From the NCBI GenBank assembly GCA_038204425.1, contig JBBRCZ010000001.1:96001-160000 (forward strand): DNA of 64,000 bases. Direction: 5' to 3'. The position numbers were made by a program, and so were the translations under genes. The notes beneath the pieces are model-generated. The model saw nothing but the letters and a program-made list of their open reading frames with translations, made no database searches and was not told the origin of the DNA. Origin of the DNA: Spirochaetia bacterium. GTDB taxonomy: Bacteria; Spirochaetota; Spirochaetia; DSM-27196; Salinispiraceae. Of the stretch, positions 28,415 to 38,304 are shown piece by piece (positions within the stretch are counted from its first letter, which is position 1; the number at the start of each line of letters is the position of its first letter).

Positions 28415-30222
28415 AGTTTGTTCCTCACTAGTGACCTAGCTATTAAACCTTGGACAAGCACCAAAAGAATAGGCATAGATGAGGCAAGTGAAAGCATTCC
28501 AAATCCTTCTACTATATCGTTTTGAGTCCCGAGTCCCAAGCCCAAGGCAATCACAAGTGGAACCGTGATTGGACCAGTCGTAACACCAGCACAGTCCCAT
28601 GCAATATCCACAAAATCGTTGTGAGAAAAGGCTCCAAGTATCATTATGCCGGCATAAACCAAGGTAATGGTTACAACAAAATCAAACTGGTATAGGTTTT
28701 GTAGTAGTCCAAGCACCAGACCTAGGCCAACCCCAACTGCGACGTTTCTTTCTAAAAGTTTAGATTTGAGCGTCCCGGCAGTCAGGTCCTCAATTTTCTT
28801 ACCCATGGTTATTAAGGCCGGTTCTGCGCGTGTGGCCCCGTATCCAAGAAAAAAGACGAATAACGCAAGAGCTAGGCCACTCCAAGGTTGAGCAAGTAGA
28901 GGACCAATTTGAGGTACGTAGGTATAACTTTTGTTACTTGCATTATAGGAAGCTGGATCAAACCAAATTCTCTGCGGGCCCAAATCTTTCTCCAATAAGA
29001 AAAAAGACTTAATGGTGCCTTTGCTGTCAATTGAATGTTGAACTATTGTATGATCAAAATTCTTTACTTCGATACTGTTTTCTTCTATGCTGACACTTTG
29101 CCAGGTAACCGGCAAGGACTTGCCAACCTGCGTACCTAGACTCGAAAGTCCAAACTGAATGCCAATACTGAGTAGAAACATGCCAATTATTGCGATAAAG
29201 ATCCCAAAAAATACTTCGTCACGACGTTTTATTTTTTCTCGGATAAGAAATTTTAGAGCAAAAAGTAGCAGCAAGCAAAGTGGCAAAACGGCCTGAATCG
29301 CCGTAGTCAATAACGATAAAGTTTTTTCTAATGTAGTACCAAAGTCGCTACTGAGTCTGGAGGCAGATTCAAGAGAACTTGTTGTAAAAAACTCGCTTAG
29401 TGCTGGAACCAATCCAAGTTTACTGTGGCCAGGATCAATAGAAGAAAGCACAAAACCGGCAACAAGCACAAAACCAATCGGAAATAACGAAGCCAGAGTT
29501 ACAATGCCAAAACCTTGATTGTGTTCCTTGCCAACCATGCGGGATACACCAATTCCAAGCGCTAAGACCAGTGGGACCGTAACCGGGCCAGTGGTAACGC
29601 CGCCAGAATCCCAGGCCAAACCAATTAAGTGTTGTACTTGCGGATGAAGTTTTGCAGCAATTGTTAAAGAAATCAGGATTGGCATTACTAGGTAAAGAAT
29701 AGATCTGAGTTTCCAAGAACGGTAAAATCTTAGCAGTGCAACTACTACTGCAGCACCAACGCCCAGGGCAATGGAAAATACCAGAATCCAAGCATCTTGG
29801 TTAAGCAGGCGATACAAAAGCGGCGCGCGTTCGTAAGCAACTGTTGAGCCAGCGAGTTTTAGTGCGGCAATCGATGGTTCTGCAAAAGTGGCAACGATTC
29901 CTATGACTAGTGCCAAAATCAAGACAGTGCTCAAAGAGCGTTTGCGCGGCAGCCTAAGGCCAATCGTCTCACCCAAAGGCATTAGACCAAGGTTTAAACC
30001 CTCGAGAAAAAATGCTAAGCCAAGAATCAATAAAAGTGAGCTTACTACTATTGAAAAATTTTGCGAGAGTGGCATGCCGAGAACTAAGGTCTGAAAGATC
30101 ATTAAGTACGCGATCATAGCAACAACTGCAGGTGCCTGCTTGCTGATTCTATTTGACGCGTATAGAAAACAAAGGTTGAGTGCTTCTTTAAAGCTAATGG
30201 TATTGCGGGCTGCCAGTTTCAT
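28411..30222 (-). CDS. DUF1538 family integral membrane protein, two fused domains
   Basis: Duplicated motifs AEP...DSGGVTTGPVTVPLVLALG and AEP...DCAGVTTGPITVPLVIALG; many TM segments. Confidence 0.88.
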   Translation of the reverse strand: MKLAARNTISFKEALNLCFLYASNRISKQAPAVVAMIAYLMIFQTLVLGMPLSQNFSIVVSSLLLILGLAFFLEGLNLGLMPLGETIGLRLPRKRSLSTVLILALVIGIVATFAEPSIAALKLAGSTVAYERAPLLYRLLNQDAWILVFSIALGVGAAVVVALLRFYRSWKLRSILYLVMPILISLTIAAKLHPQVQHLIGLAWDSGGVTTGPVTVPLVLALGIGVSRMVGKEHNQGFGIVTLASLFPIGFVLVAGFVLSSIDPGHSKLGLVPALSEFFTTSSLESASRLSSDFGTTLEKTLSLLTTAIQAVLPLCLLLLFALKFLIREKIKRRDEVFFGIFIAIIGMFLLSIGIQFGLSSLGTQVGKSLPVTWQSVSIEENSIEVKNFDHTIVQHSIDSKGTIKSFFLLEKDLGPQRIWFDPASYNASNKSYTYVPQIGPLLAQPWSGLALALFVFFLGYGATRAEPALITMGKKIEDLTAGTLKSKLLERNVAVGVGLGLVLGLLQNLYQFDFVVTITLVYAGIMILGAFSHNDFVDIAWDCAGVTTGPITVPLVIALGLGLGTQNDIVEGFGMLSLASSMPILLVLVQGLIARSLVRNKL

Positions 30223-30274
30223 AGATTGCTAAGGTTACCGGAAAAGCGCAAACTAGTTAAGCTCAAAAGTCGTA

Positions 30275-30434
30275 TTGACCAAGCAGTGCCTATCGTGTTA
30301 CATTCTCACGCTATCTATTTAGTACAGAAGAAGTTTCAACGAAACTTCCTTCTTGCCCCGACTGTGGTGGTCGGGGACGCCGCAGATACTACAATCTGCG
30401 CCACCTTTATTTGAAGGTGAAGTCCATAAGGAGG
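30275..30434 (+). promoter_or_regulatory. rpsF operon promoter and structured leader (putative S6:S18 autoregulatory RNA)
   Basis: TTGACC-N18-TACATT; CTTCCTT is complementary to the SD AAGGAGG and encloses three hairpins. Confidence 0.55.
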
Positions 30435-30438
30435 AACC

Positions 30439-30720
30439 ATGAATTCCTATGAAGCATGTTGCGTATTCCGTGTCGAAGACGATAAGTTCGCCGTCGGTCG
30501 GGATACGGTCCGTGCGGCACTACAAACCCTCGGCTTTGAGGGTCTCAAAGAAGAAGATATGCAGGTCAAGAGTCTAGCATATCCCATCAAGAAGTTCTAT
30601 CAAGGACACTACTACCTATTTGATTTTCAAATGGACCCAGCAAAGGCCCATGAGATTGAAAAAGAAGTACGTTTGATTCCAGAGCTTCTACGCATACTTG
30701 TCACAAGAAAAGACGACTAA
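30439..30720 (+). CDS. rpsF: 30S ribosomal protein S6
   Basis: YE...LAYPIKK..GHY...LLR motif; first gene of rpsF-ssb-rpsR. Confidence 0.93.
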   Translation: MNSYEACCVFRVEDDKFAVGRDTVRAALQTLGFEGLKEEDMQVKSLAYPIKKFYQGHYYLFDFQMDPAKAHEIEKEVRLIPELLRILVTRKDD

Positions 30721-30738
30721 GTAGAAAAGGACGCGACT

Positions 30739-31200
30739 ATGGCACTAATAAATTCCGTAGTATTGGTAGGCAATCTGACACGTGATGCAGAAATTAGATT
30801 TACACCAGGTGGTGCCGCAGCTATTAGATTTTCTATTGCACAGAATAGACGAAAAAAAGTTGGCGAGACCTGGCAAGATGAAGCTATGTTTTTTGATGTA
30901 AATATGATGGGTAAATCTGCGGAAAGTGTTCATCCTTTCTTAAAAAAAGGTAAGCAAGTAGCCGTGCAAGGTGAGCTTCGCCAAGACAGATGGGAACAAG
31001 ATGGCCAATCGCGTAGCAAAGTTTTTGTTTTCGCATTTTCACTGCAGCTACTGGGCGGTGGGGCCGGTCAAGGATCAGGCTCGACTAATTCAGGAAGTAC
31101 TTGGCAAAGCGATGCGCCTGCACCAAGTTCGCGACAAGACGCAAGTTATGAATCTTATCCCGAAAGCAGCGGACAGTTTGAAGACGATATTCCCTTTTAA
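30739..31200 (+). CDS. ssb: Single-stranded DNA-binding protein
   Basis: INSVVLVGNLTRD OB fold and C-terminal DDIPF. Confidence 0.97.
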   Translation: MALINSVVLVGNLTRDAEIRFTPGGAAAIRFSIAQNRRKKVGETWQDEAMFFDVNMMGKSAESVHPFLKKGKQVAVQGELRQDRWEQDGQSRSKVFVFAFSLQLLGGGAGQGSGSTNSGSTWQSDAPAPSSRQDASYESYPESSGQFEDDIPF

Positions 31201-31219
31201 TTAATTGGAGGAAAAAAAT

Positions 31220-31507
31220 ATGGATGACATGAATCCCCGCGATAAACAAGATGGTTCGGATTCCGGCGACCGTAAAGGTGGCTTTAAAGGTAAGGGCGGA
31301 AAAGTCTACTTTAAGAAAAAGATCGATAAGATTAAGGCTCACAATCTAGTAATAGACTACAAGCACCCCGAAGTTTTGCGACGATTTGTAACCGAAAAGG
31401 GCAAGATATTGCCACGTCGCATTACTGGAACAAGTGCCAAGAATCAGCGCCGTTTGATCACTGAGATCAAGAAAGCTCGCTTTCTGGCACTCTTGCCTAT
31501 GGGTTGA
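31220..31507 (+). CDS. rpsR: 30S ribosomal protein S18
   Basis: IDYK...[20 protein letters not shown]...IKKAR.LALLP. Confidence 0.96.
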   Translation: MDDMNPRDKQDGSDSGDRKGGFKGKGGKVYFKKKIDKIKAHNLVIDYKHPEVLRRFVTEKGKILPRRITGTSAKNQRRLITEIKKARFLALLPMG

Positions 31508-31585
31508 TGTTGGCTTTGCTGCTCGGACGTTAAGGTTCAAGCCAGCAAGACTAATGTCGATCAACGTTAAAGGAGAATTGAAACA

Positions 31586-32050
31586 ATGAAAGTTATTCTA
31601 AATACCGATATGCCCAATCTTGGAGAAGAAGGTGATATCGCAGAAGTTGCTCCCGGTTATGCGCGCAACTTTCTATTGCCTAAGAAGTTTGCTTCGCTTT
31701 TTACACCGCATGCTCTTGCGGTCTTAGATTCTCGAAAAGCTGCCATTGAAAAGCGCAAGGAAGAGAAGAAGAAGGCTGCCCAAGGCGACAAAGACAAAAT
31801 TGTCAACAACGTAATTGTTATTACTATGCCAGCCGGTGAGGGTGGTAAACTTTTTGGTTCGGTAACTAGTGCCAATTTGGTTGAAGAATTAGCTAAGCTT
31901 GGCATAGTGGTCGAGAAAAAGAGGATTGACATTCCAGGTCAAGTTCTCAAGCATACAGGCGACTTTAAAGTTCAAGTGAAGCTGTACGGAAATGAAACTG
32001 CCGAACTCAAGGTTCAAATACTTGCGGCTGGAGAAGCAAAGCCAGTATAG
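31586..32050 (+). CDS. rplI: 50S ribosomal protein L9
   Basis: MKVIL...LG..G....V..GYARNFLLP and GKLFGSVT. Confidence 0.96.
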   Translation: MKVILNTDMPNLGEEGDIAEVAPGYARNFLLPKKFASLFTPHALAVLDSRKAAIEKRKEEKKKAAQGDKDKIVNNVIVITMPAGEGGKLFGSVTSANLVEELAKLGIVVEKKRIDIPGQVLKHTGDFKVQVKLYGNETAELKVQILAAGEAKPV

Positions 32051-32073
32051 ATTGACCGAGTCAAGCATATTGG

Positions 32074-32104
32074 TCCCGGCCTTTAAAAGGTCGGGATTTT
32101 TTTT
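32074..32104 (+). terminator. Rho-independent terminator after rplI
   Basis: TCCCGGCCTTT/AAAGGTCGGGA stem followed by T8. Confidence 0.8.
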
Positions 32105-32168
32105 GGCTTTTCGGTCTTGACAGCTAACTCGATATAACCATGAATTGGTGTTCAAGGATGTGACTGAT

Positions 32169-33506
32169 ATGGCGTTTATGGAAATGAAGGACAAGGTTCC
32201 TCCACACAATCTCGATGCTGAGCAAGCGGTAATGGGGGCTCTTTTGCTGGATAATCGTGCGATTGATCGCATTGATACTGGTTTGGTTCCTGAAGATTTC
32301 TATAAAATATCGCACCAAAAAATTTACAGATCGATGCTCAATTTGATCCGCGCCAACAAGCCTAGTGACATGATTACTCTGATTGATGAACTTAGATCTA
32401 ATAAGAATCTTGAGCTGGTTGGTGGCGCGACTTTTATTGCCCAATTGACTCAAGCCACACCCAGCTCGGCAAATGTTGCTTACCATTCCGGAATCGTAAA
32501 AGAGTGTAGCCTGCGAAGAGAACTGATTCGTATTGCTTCGGACATGGCTGGAAATGCTTTTGATGAAAGCAAGGAGTCTGGGCAGACCATAGATACTATT
32601 GAAAAAGAGGTTTTTAACCTCTCGGTCAATCGAAAACAACAGGGTTTTAGGTCGGTCAAAGAGATAATTCCTGAGGCAGTTTCGCGCATAGAACAAGCCT
32701 TTAACAACAAAAATACCTACACAGGTGTACCTTCGGGGTTTAGTAAGCTTGACGCCATGACCTCTGGTTTTCAGGAATCAGATTATATAGTTATTGGAGC
32801 TCGACCATCGATGGGAAAGACCGCTTTGGCGCTTTCCATGGCGGCTCATATTGCCATAAAAGAGCACATACCTACTGCATTTTTTACACTTGAAATGTCT
32901 GATTTGCAAATAATGCAACGTCTAATTGCCATGGAAGCTCGCATTAACAGTTTGGCTATGCGAAACGGCATGCTAAAGCCAGCTGATTTTGCCAGCATTG
33001 GTGACGCTGCTGGTCGTATTTACGATGCACCCTTGTGGATATCTGACTGGCCAAATATGCCTATACTTGAGATAAAATCCCAAGCCAGAATTTTGGTCAA
33101 AGATCAGGGCGTAAAGATTATTTTTGTCGACTATCTTGGCTTAATAAGCGCAGAACGACCCGAGTTGGCACGCTGGGAACAAATGTCGGAGGTATCACGA
33201 ACGCTAAAAGCTCTTGCGCGTGAACTAAAGGTTCCCGTTGTAGTGCTTAGTCAGGTCACACGTGATAGCGAAGGAAAAGAGCCTAATCTTTCCAATATTC
33301 GAGAATCTGGCGCAATAGAGCAAGATGCGGATATGGTTATGTTCATTCACCGTGATAAGTCTTCAGACCAAGAATCCGACAAGCAAACAGTGGTAGCCGA
33401 AACAAAATTGATTGTAGCCAAGCAACGTAACGGCCCAATTGGTACGGTTCGTATTGGCTATCATAACAACTTTACTCGATTTGTTGAAATTGAAGAGCAT
33501 CACTAG
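32169..33506 (+). CDS. dnaB: Replicative DNA helicase
   Basis: PPHNLDAEQ, ARPSMGKT, VDYL, RESGAIEQDAD and AKQRNGP motifs; start uncertain. Confidence 0.96.
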   Translation: MAFMEMKDKVPPHNLDAEQAVMGALLLDNRAIDRIDTGLVPEDFYKISHQKIYRSMLNLIRANKPSDMITLIDELRSNKNLELVGGATFIAQLTQATPSSANVAYHSGIVKECSLRRELIRIASDMAGNAFDESKESGQTIDTIEKEVFNLSVNRKQQGFRSVKEIIPEAVSRIEQAFNNKNTYTGVPSGFSKLDAMTSGFQESDYIVIGARPSMGKTALALSMAAHIAIKEHIPTAFFTLEMSDLQIMQRLIAMEARINSLAMRNGMLKPADFASIGDAAGRIYDAPLWISDWPNMPILEIKSQARILVKDQGVKIIFVDYLGLISAERPELARWEQMSEVSRTLKALARELKVPVVVLSQVTRDSEGKEPNLSNIRESGAIEQDADMVMFIHRDKSSDQESDKQTVVAETKLIVAKQRNGPIGTVRIGYHNNFTRFVEIEEHH

Positions 33507-33539
33507 TCCTTTAGTGCCTATACTATAAGTGGAGGTCCT

Positions 33540-33821
33540 ATGGACTTAAGACAACGCTATCAGTTTGACGAACTAAAAAACATTGCAGAAGATCTTGTTA
33601 TTGCCGAAATGGACAGGCAATTTACACAAAACAACCTCTACACAAGTCTCAATCAAGATGCGGTGCTTGATATTGCCGCCTTGACCTTAAATTTACTTAA
33701 GCCACTTTACCGGGCAAATTTGTTAGGACGAGTTTATAAATCCGCTTTTGAACAAGAATATCATAAAGAAGTTGCACAAGCGGTGACGAGTTCAATCAAA
33801 AAGATACTAGAAAATCCTTAG
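33540..33821 (+). CDS. ComFB family (late competence development / cyclic-dinucleotide receptor) protein
   Basis: N..E..V...DIAALTLN.L.P.Y...I..NP pattern; 93 aa; GGAGG SD. Confidence 0.75.
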   Translation: MDLRQRYQFDELKNIAEDLVIAEMDRQFTQNNLYTSLNQDAVLDIAALTLNLLKPLYRANLLGRVYKSAFEQEYHKEVAQAVTSSIKKILENP

Positions 33822-33828
33822 TTCAATT

Positions 33829-35958
33829 CTAGAAGATTGCTTTATCTCGCATTCTTACTTGAGTAAAACCACTATTTTGCAAACCAAAGCTCACGCCTGT
33901 CCTGACCCGAAGCTCTTGCACTATTGAGTTGATTTTTTCGCTTGCCATTGCGGGATTCTGCGCCGTGCTTATAAATCCACCATCGTTCAATACCAACAAG
34001 TTTCCATCACTCAAGAGACACAGGCTCAGCAAAAAATTGCCGTTGGACTTATTCCAGAGGCTTACACTGCCATCGTGGTGATAACCTACTACAAAATCAT
34101 TGTCTATGCTTAGCCTGTGGACTGATTGATTGCTGGCCTGAAACTGGACTTGCGTACTTGCGTCAGACCTTATTATTCTTCCAGCTACTAAGAGATATAT
34201 CCAGTTTTGGTCAACTACCATGCTGGCTTGGCTATCTTCCTCAGCAATTTCAATCAACTCGACATTCTTGTAGTCTAGCGAATGCCACATTCGAACAGCC
34301 ATGCCACCTTGACGTTTTTGGCTCAGACTAAGCAGATTGTTTCCACCTTGCGAGGAAGGAAAGGACCCCAAGGCGTAAATTATGCTGTCATCGGTCTTGT
34401 AACCAATTGATTCTCCGGTGTTCGTCTTAACCACTATCAAAGCCTCGCTAAGACTGGCGGTGCTTGGCTTTCCAAGGTATAGATCACCGTTTTCAAAGGG
34501 CAGTAAATCTTGGGTTCCAGAGAAGTTGAATGACTTTGCGTTTCTTGGGCCGGTGCTGTTCCAGATTTTTATTGCGCCGGTTGATTCGAGAAGATACAAG
34601 AACGTACCGTTTATCCCAGCTCTGACAATTTCGCTGCCAGAAGTATGCAATACTTCAAATCTTCCACTTGATTCTTGGATTTTGAGAAGTCTGCCCCTTC
34701 GGATTTTTTCAAAAAGGTAGATCTCGTCGTCTTTACCCTTAAATGTGCTAAATGGACCTGTAAGGTCCAGAGTTTTCCATATTCGCCCGCTATTTAGAAT
34801 ACTATGTTCAGTACCGATTTGCTTGGTGAAGGCCGTCGAATCAAATTTATAAAACTGTTTGTTTGCACCTACTATCATAGAACCTTTGCTAAAAAAAAGC
34901 GCCTGAATCGGTTCGAGTGTTTGAAAAAACAAAGGTGTTTTTTTAGTTTTTCCTTGATAAACGCTAACGTTTTGGTCGTCGTCGGCTAGGTAGAGAGCAC
35001 CCATAAAGGCTGTTGTTCCCGTAGGAAGTACGGTTCCTAGTACACTGCTTTCCATTCCTGCGACTAGCTGAAGTTTGTCGTTGATAACAAACTCGGTTAA
35101 GCTTAGCGCTCTTCGCAGCAAAGAAATAGAATAGATCGACTTGTTCGTTTGATCAGCCAAAACGACTTGCCTGTCACGTTTGGAATTGGCAACAGCTGTA
35201 GTCTTGCCGTCTAAAAGGTCAATGGTAACAATAGTATTGCCGTCGATTGCAAACGCTTTAGAACGACTTCCGTCAGGAAGCAACTGAAATTGCCTGAGGC
35301 TTGCCTTAGTGCTTATGCGGCGTAATTCATTACCGCTCACCAAGTCAAAGTAGACGATGCTTCCTTGGGCCGCAAAATAGCAAACGATCTTATCTTCTCT
35401 CAATGAAACGAGGAAGAAATCAATAATACCCGCAGTTGAACCGAGCCAATTGACCGCAAAACCACGTTGAGAATCCAAACAAAGCAAACTTGATCGTGAT
35501 GGCAAGGTTAGAACGACGTAGTTGCCTTGAGGCGAGACGGCTAAGTGCAATGCTTGGTCGATCAGATCCTTGCTGTATCGCTTGGCGCCAGATTTCCAAT
35601 CAAAGACCTGCAATTTGTATTTGCGGTTTGCAGTTCGTTGTACAAGCGCTAAGGTTCCATTTTGGTGGACTGAGATTTGGCTGATGGCTGCGTTACCAGC
35701 GTTAATCCTTTGAACTATTAAATTGGTCTGCAGATCGTAAACTATAACAGAACCAAACTCGGTGCCAATAAATAGCAGCTTGTTTTGTGGTTCTATCGCT
35801 AAAGACTGGATCTGGCCTCCAGGAATGCTATTGACCAACGGTATTTGAGGAATCTGGCTTTGTGCTTGCGCACCCAATTTTCCTAGTCCAATCAAAAGCA
35901 ATAATAAAAGAGCTCGTCGCATCAAAAGCGCTTGTCCATTTAAATAGGTGTTTTTCAT
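33829..35958 (-). CDS. Exported WD40/beta-propeller repeat protein
   Basis: Signal peptide and WD-like repeats (GSVIVYD, LQVFDW, GAIKIWN, DGSVSLWN). Confidence 0.7.
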   Translation of the reverse strand: MKNTYLNGQALLMRRALLLLLLIGLGKLGAQAQSQIPQIPLVNSIPGGQIQSLAIEPQNKLLFIGTEFGSVIVYDLQTNLIVQRINAGNAAISQISVHQNGTLALVQRTANRKYKLQVFDWKSGAKRYSKDLIDQALHLAVSPQGNYVVLTLPSRSSLLCLDSQRGFAVNWLGSTAGIIDFFLVSLREDKIVCYFAAQGSIVYFDLVSGNELRRISTKASLRQFQLLPDGSRSKAFAIDGNTIVTIDLLDGKTTAVANSKRDRQVVLADQTNKSIYSISLLRRALSLTEFVINDKLQLVAGMESSVLGTVLPTGTTAFMGALYLADDDQNVSVYQGKTKKTPLFFQTLEPIQALFFSKGSMIVGANKQFYKFDSTAFTKQIGTEHSILNSGRIWKTLDLTGPFSTFKGKDDEIYLFEKIRRGRLLKIQESSGRFEVLHTSGSEIVRAGINGTFLYLLESTGAIKIWNSTGPRNAKSFNFSGTQDLLPFENGDLYLGKPSTASLSEALIVVKTNTGESIGYKTDDSIIYALGSFPSSQGGNNLLSLSQKRQGGMAVRMWHSLDYKNVELIEIAEEDSQASMVVDQNWIYLLVAGRIIRSDASTQVQFQASNQSVHRLSIDNDFVVGYHHDGSVSLWNKSNGNFLLSLCLLSDGNLLVLNDGGFISTAQNPAMASEKINSIVQELRVRTGVSFGLQNSGFTQVRMRDKAIF

Positions 35959-36005
35959 ACTAGTCCCTTGCCCATCCTTTGTCGTATAGGAGTACCCAAC
36001 TATTA

Positions 36006-37388
36006 CTACTTACCTATAAAGTACTTTATGTCACCAAAAATTGCAAAAACACTGAGTGCGATGATAATCACTAGGCCAATTATCTGATAACGTTGGATTG
36101 TTATCGCTCTAACCGGCTTTCTTCTGATTCCCTCAAAAAGGAACAGTACAATTTGCCCACCATCCAGTGCAGGAATTGGAAGTAGGTTTCCAAAGAAGAG
36201 TGCGACGCTAATAAAACTAAGAAACTCAAAAAAGCGTCTAAATCCCTCGGCCAGGCCTACGCTAAATCCAGAGGTGGCAACTTCCCCTGTTATGTAAATT
36301 ATTCGAGCAGGTCCAGAAAGCGCTCCTTCGGGTTTAAGTCCTGTAAACAAATGACCCAAAGCTCTAAATGTAGAAACCAGAGTCGAGCTTACTTCGTTCC
36401 AGCCACGACCAAAGGCCTCAAACAGATTATACGAAGGTGTTGAGAAGGTCTTGGATTGGATGCCAAAATCAAGCTTCAGACCGCCTTTTTCGTCAGCAGC
36501 AGCACTCCAGTTTAGCTGTTCAAAGCCACCATTCCTTCTGACACCAATTAGGTTTTGCACTTTTGGATCTCGGTTAATTGATCGCAAAAACTCTTGGAAG
36601 TGTTTAACCTCTGTTCCGTTGACCCTTACAATTTGATCACCACTAAGCAGCCCTGCAGCAATAGCTGTCTGTTCTGGCGCGTCTATCACCGTAGGTACAA
36701 ATTGACTTATTCCTATTAGACCAGCCCCATTTTCGGCGTTAAGCTCAGGTACTATCGTTGTTTCAAAGCGTACGCCATCACGTTCAACATTTAAGCTGAG
36801 CATTTGTCTTGCTTGCTGAACAATTTCTCTTTGGAGATCAGAAAAGCTTGCTATCGGATTCTCATTGACAGAAAGTATCAAGTCGCCAGTTTTTAGACCG
36901 GCCAGAACTGCCGGACTATTCTTTCCTCGATACCCTTGTTCTGGAGCAGTTTCATCCAAATAGTCTGCCATGACAACTATCTTTGCATCATAACTTTGAT
37001 ACTGATAACCAAACAACCAAATAGTACTCAAAACAATGACAGCAAACAAAAGATTAACCAATGGGCCAGCTATTGCTACAAAAATTCGCTTTAAGGGTGA
37101 CGCCGCGTTAAAGCTGCCGGGACTGTTTTCTACATGATCTTTTTTCTCGTTTATAGCAGTGGCAAAGTCTTCTTCGCCCTTCATTTTGCAATAGCCTCCA
37201 ATAGGAATCCAAGACAAACGATATTCTGTTTTATTTCTTTTGAAGCCCCAAAGCTTAGGTCCCCAACCAATTGAAAATGTTTGGACTTCAATGCCAACCG
37301 CTTTGGCGGCAAGAAAATGACCGAGCTCATGGATAAATACCATGATTCCTAGTCCTATGATTCCAATTAGAATATTTAAGATGATCAA
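36006..37388 (-). CDS. rseP: RIP metalloprotease RseP
   Basis: HELGH, two PDZ domains, NLLPIPALDGG. Confidence 0.95.
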   Translation of the reverse strand: MIILNILIGIIGLGIMVFIHELGHFLAAKAVGIEVQTFSIGWGPKLWGFKRNKTEYRLSWIPIGGYCKMKGEEDFATAINEKKDHVENSPGSFNAASPLKRIFVAIAGPLVNLLFAVIVLSTIWLFGYQYQSYDAKIVVMADYLDETAPEQGYRGKNSPAVLAGLKTGDLILSVNENPIASFSDLQREIVQQARQMLSLNVERDGVRFETTIVPELNAENGAGLIGISQFVPTVIDAPEQTAIAAGLLSGDQIVRVNGTEVKHFQEFLRSINRDPKVQNLIGVRRNGGFEQLNWSAAADEKGGLKLDFGIQSKTFSTPSYNLFEAFGRGWNEVSSTLVSTFRALGHLFTGLKPEGALSGPARIIYITGEVATSGFSVGLAEGFRRFFEFLSFISVALFFGNLLPIPALDGGQIVLFLFEGIRRKPVRAITIQRYQIIGLVIIIALSVFAIFGDIKYFIGK

Positions 37389-37407
37389 AAAACCCTACCT
37401 TTCGAAG

Positions 37408-38304
37408 CTAAATGACTTGACCACTATTAAAAGCTTGATGGAGATAATAGAATACGGGTGCCGAAAAAATTAACGAATCACAAGAATCGAGCAGGCCACC
37501 ACGCCCAGGAATCACACTGCCGGAGTCCTTGAGGCCGCTGCCTCTTTTGAGAACTGATTCAAACAAGTCTCCAAGTATAGTGCTGACGCCGACTACCAAA
37601 CCAATCACCAGAGCCAATGGAAGGTTTGGTGCAAATAGGTCCGTCATTAAAAAGTAGAAGATAGCAGAAAAAATAATCGACGTGCAAAGTCCTCCAACGA
37701 AACCAGCCAAAGACTTGTTGGGGCTCACTTTAATTACATGAGTGTTGTTCCTGCCAAAAAGTATACCGCTTAAATAGGCAAGCGTGTCATTTGCAAAAAC
37801 AATGGTGAGAAAAGCAAAAATAACTAAACCTGAATCATGCATATTAATTATCAATAGAAAATGATAGATACCAAGAATTGGATAGACAATAATCATCAAC
37901 CAAGCTTGCAAAAAAGCGTTGTTATTCTCTGCATCTACTGTCTGACTGCGGACAACAACCCAAGAAAAAATCAAAGTAATTTCTAAGACAATGACCGCAA
38001 TTGACCAATTGTTGCCAATTACTTCTAGGTTTTCCAGGATTTTAAGGACAAGTGGAGAAGCACTAAGTAAGAAAATTGCAAACAAGCGACTGACTTTACT
38101 TGATGAATGGCTTGGCTGGTGTTCTGAGTTTGGACTAAGCCATAGTCCAAAGACTTGAGCTGTTTCAACAGCTAAACCAATCGATAGCACAATGGTTGCA
38201 ATCTGCAAGGCCAAGTGCCCATACCCAACAAAAACAAAAACGAAGAGCAGAATCAAAGGTACAAAGGTGAAGAACATCAAGATTCGCTTGAAAAGATTAT
38301 TCAC
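37408..38304 (-). CDS. cdsA: Phosphatidate cytidylyltransferase
   Basis: DTLAY, VSPNKS, GDLFES.LKR and KDSG.VIPGRGGLLD motifs. Confidence 0.93.
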   Translation of the reverse strand: MNNLFKRILMFFTFVPLILLFVFVFVGYGHLALQIATIVLSIGLAVETAQVFGLWLSPNSEHQPSHSSSKVSRLFAIFLLSASPLVLKILENLEVIGNNWSIAVIVLEITLIFSWVVVRSQTVDAENNNAFLQAWLMIIVYPILGIYHFLLIINMHDSGLVIFAFLTIVFANDTLAYLSGILFGRNNTHVIKVSPNKSLAGFVGGLCTSIIFSAIFYFLMTDLFAPNLPLALVIGLVVGVSTILGDLFESVLKRGSGLKDSGSVIPGRGGLLDSCDSLIFSAPVFYYLHQAFNSGQVI

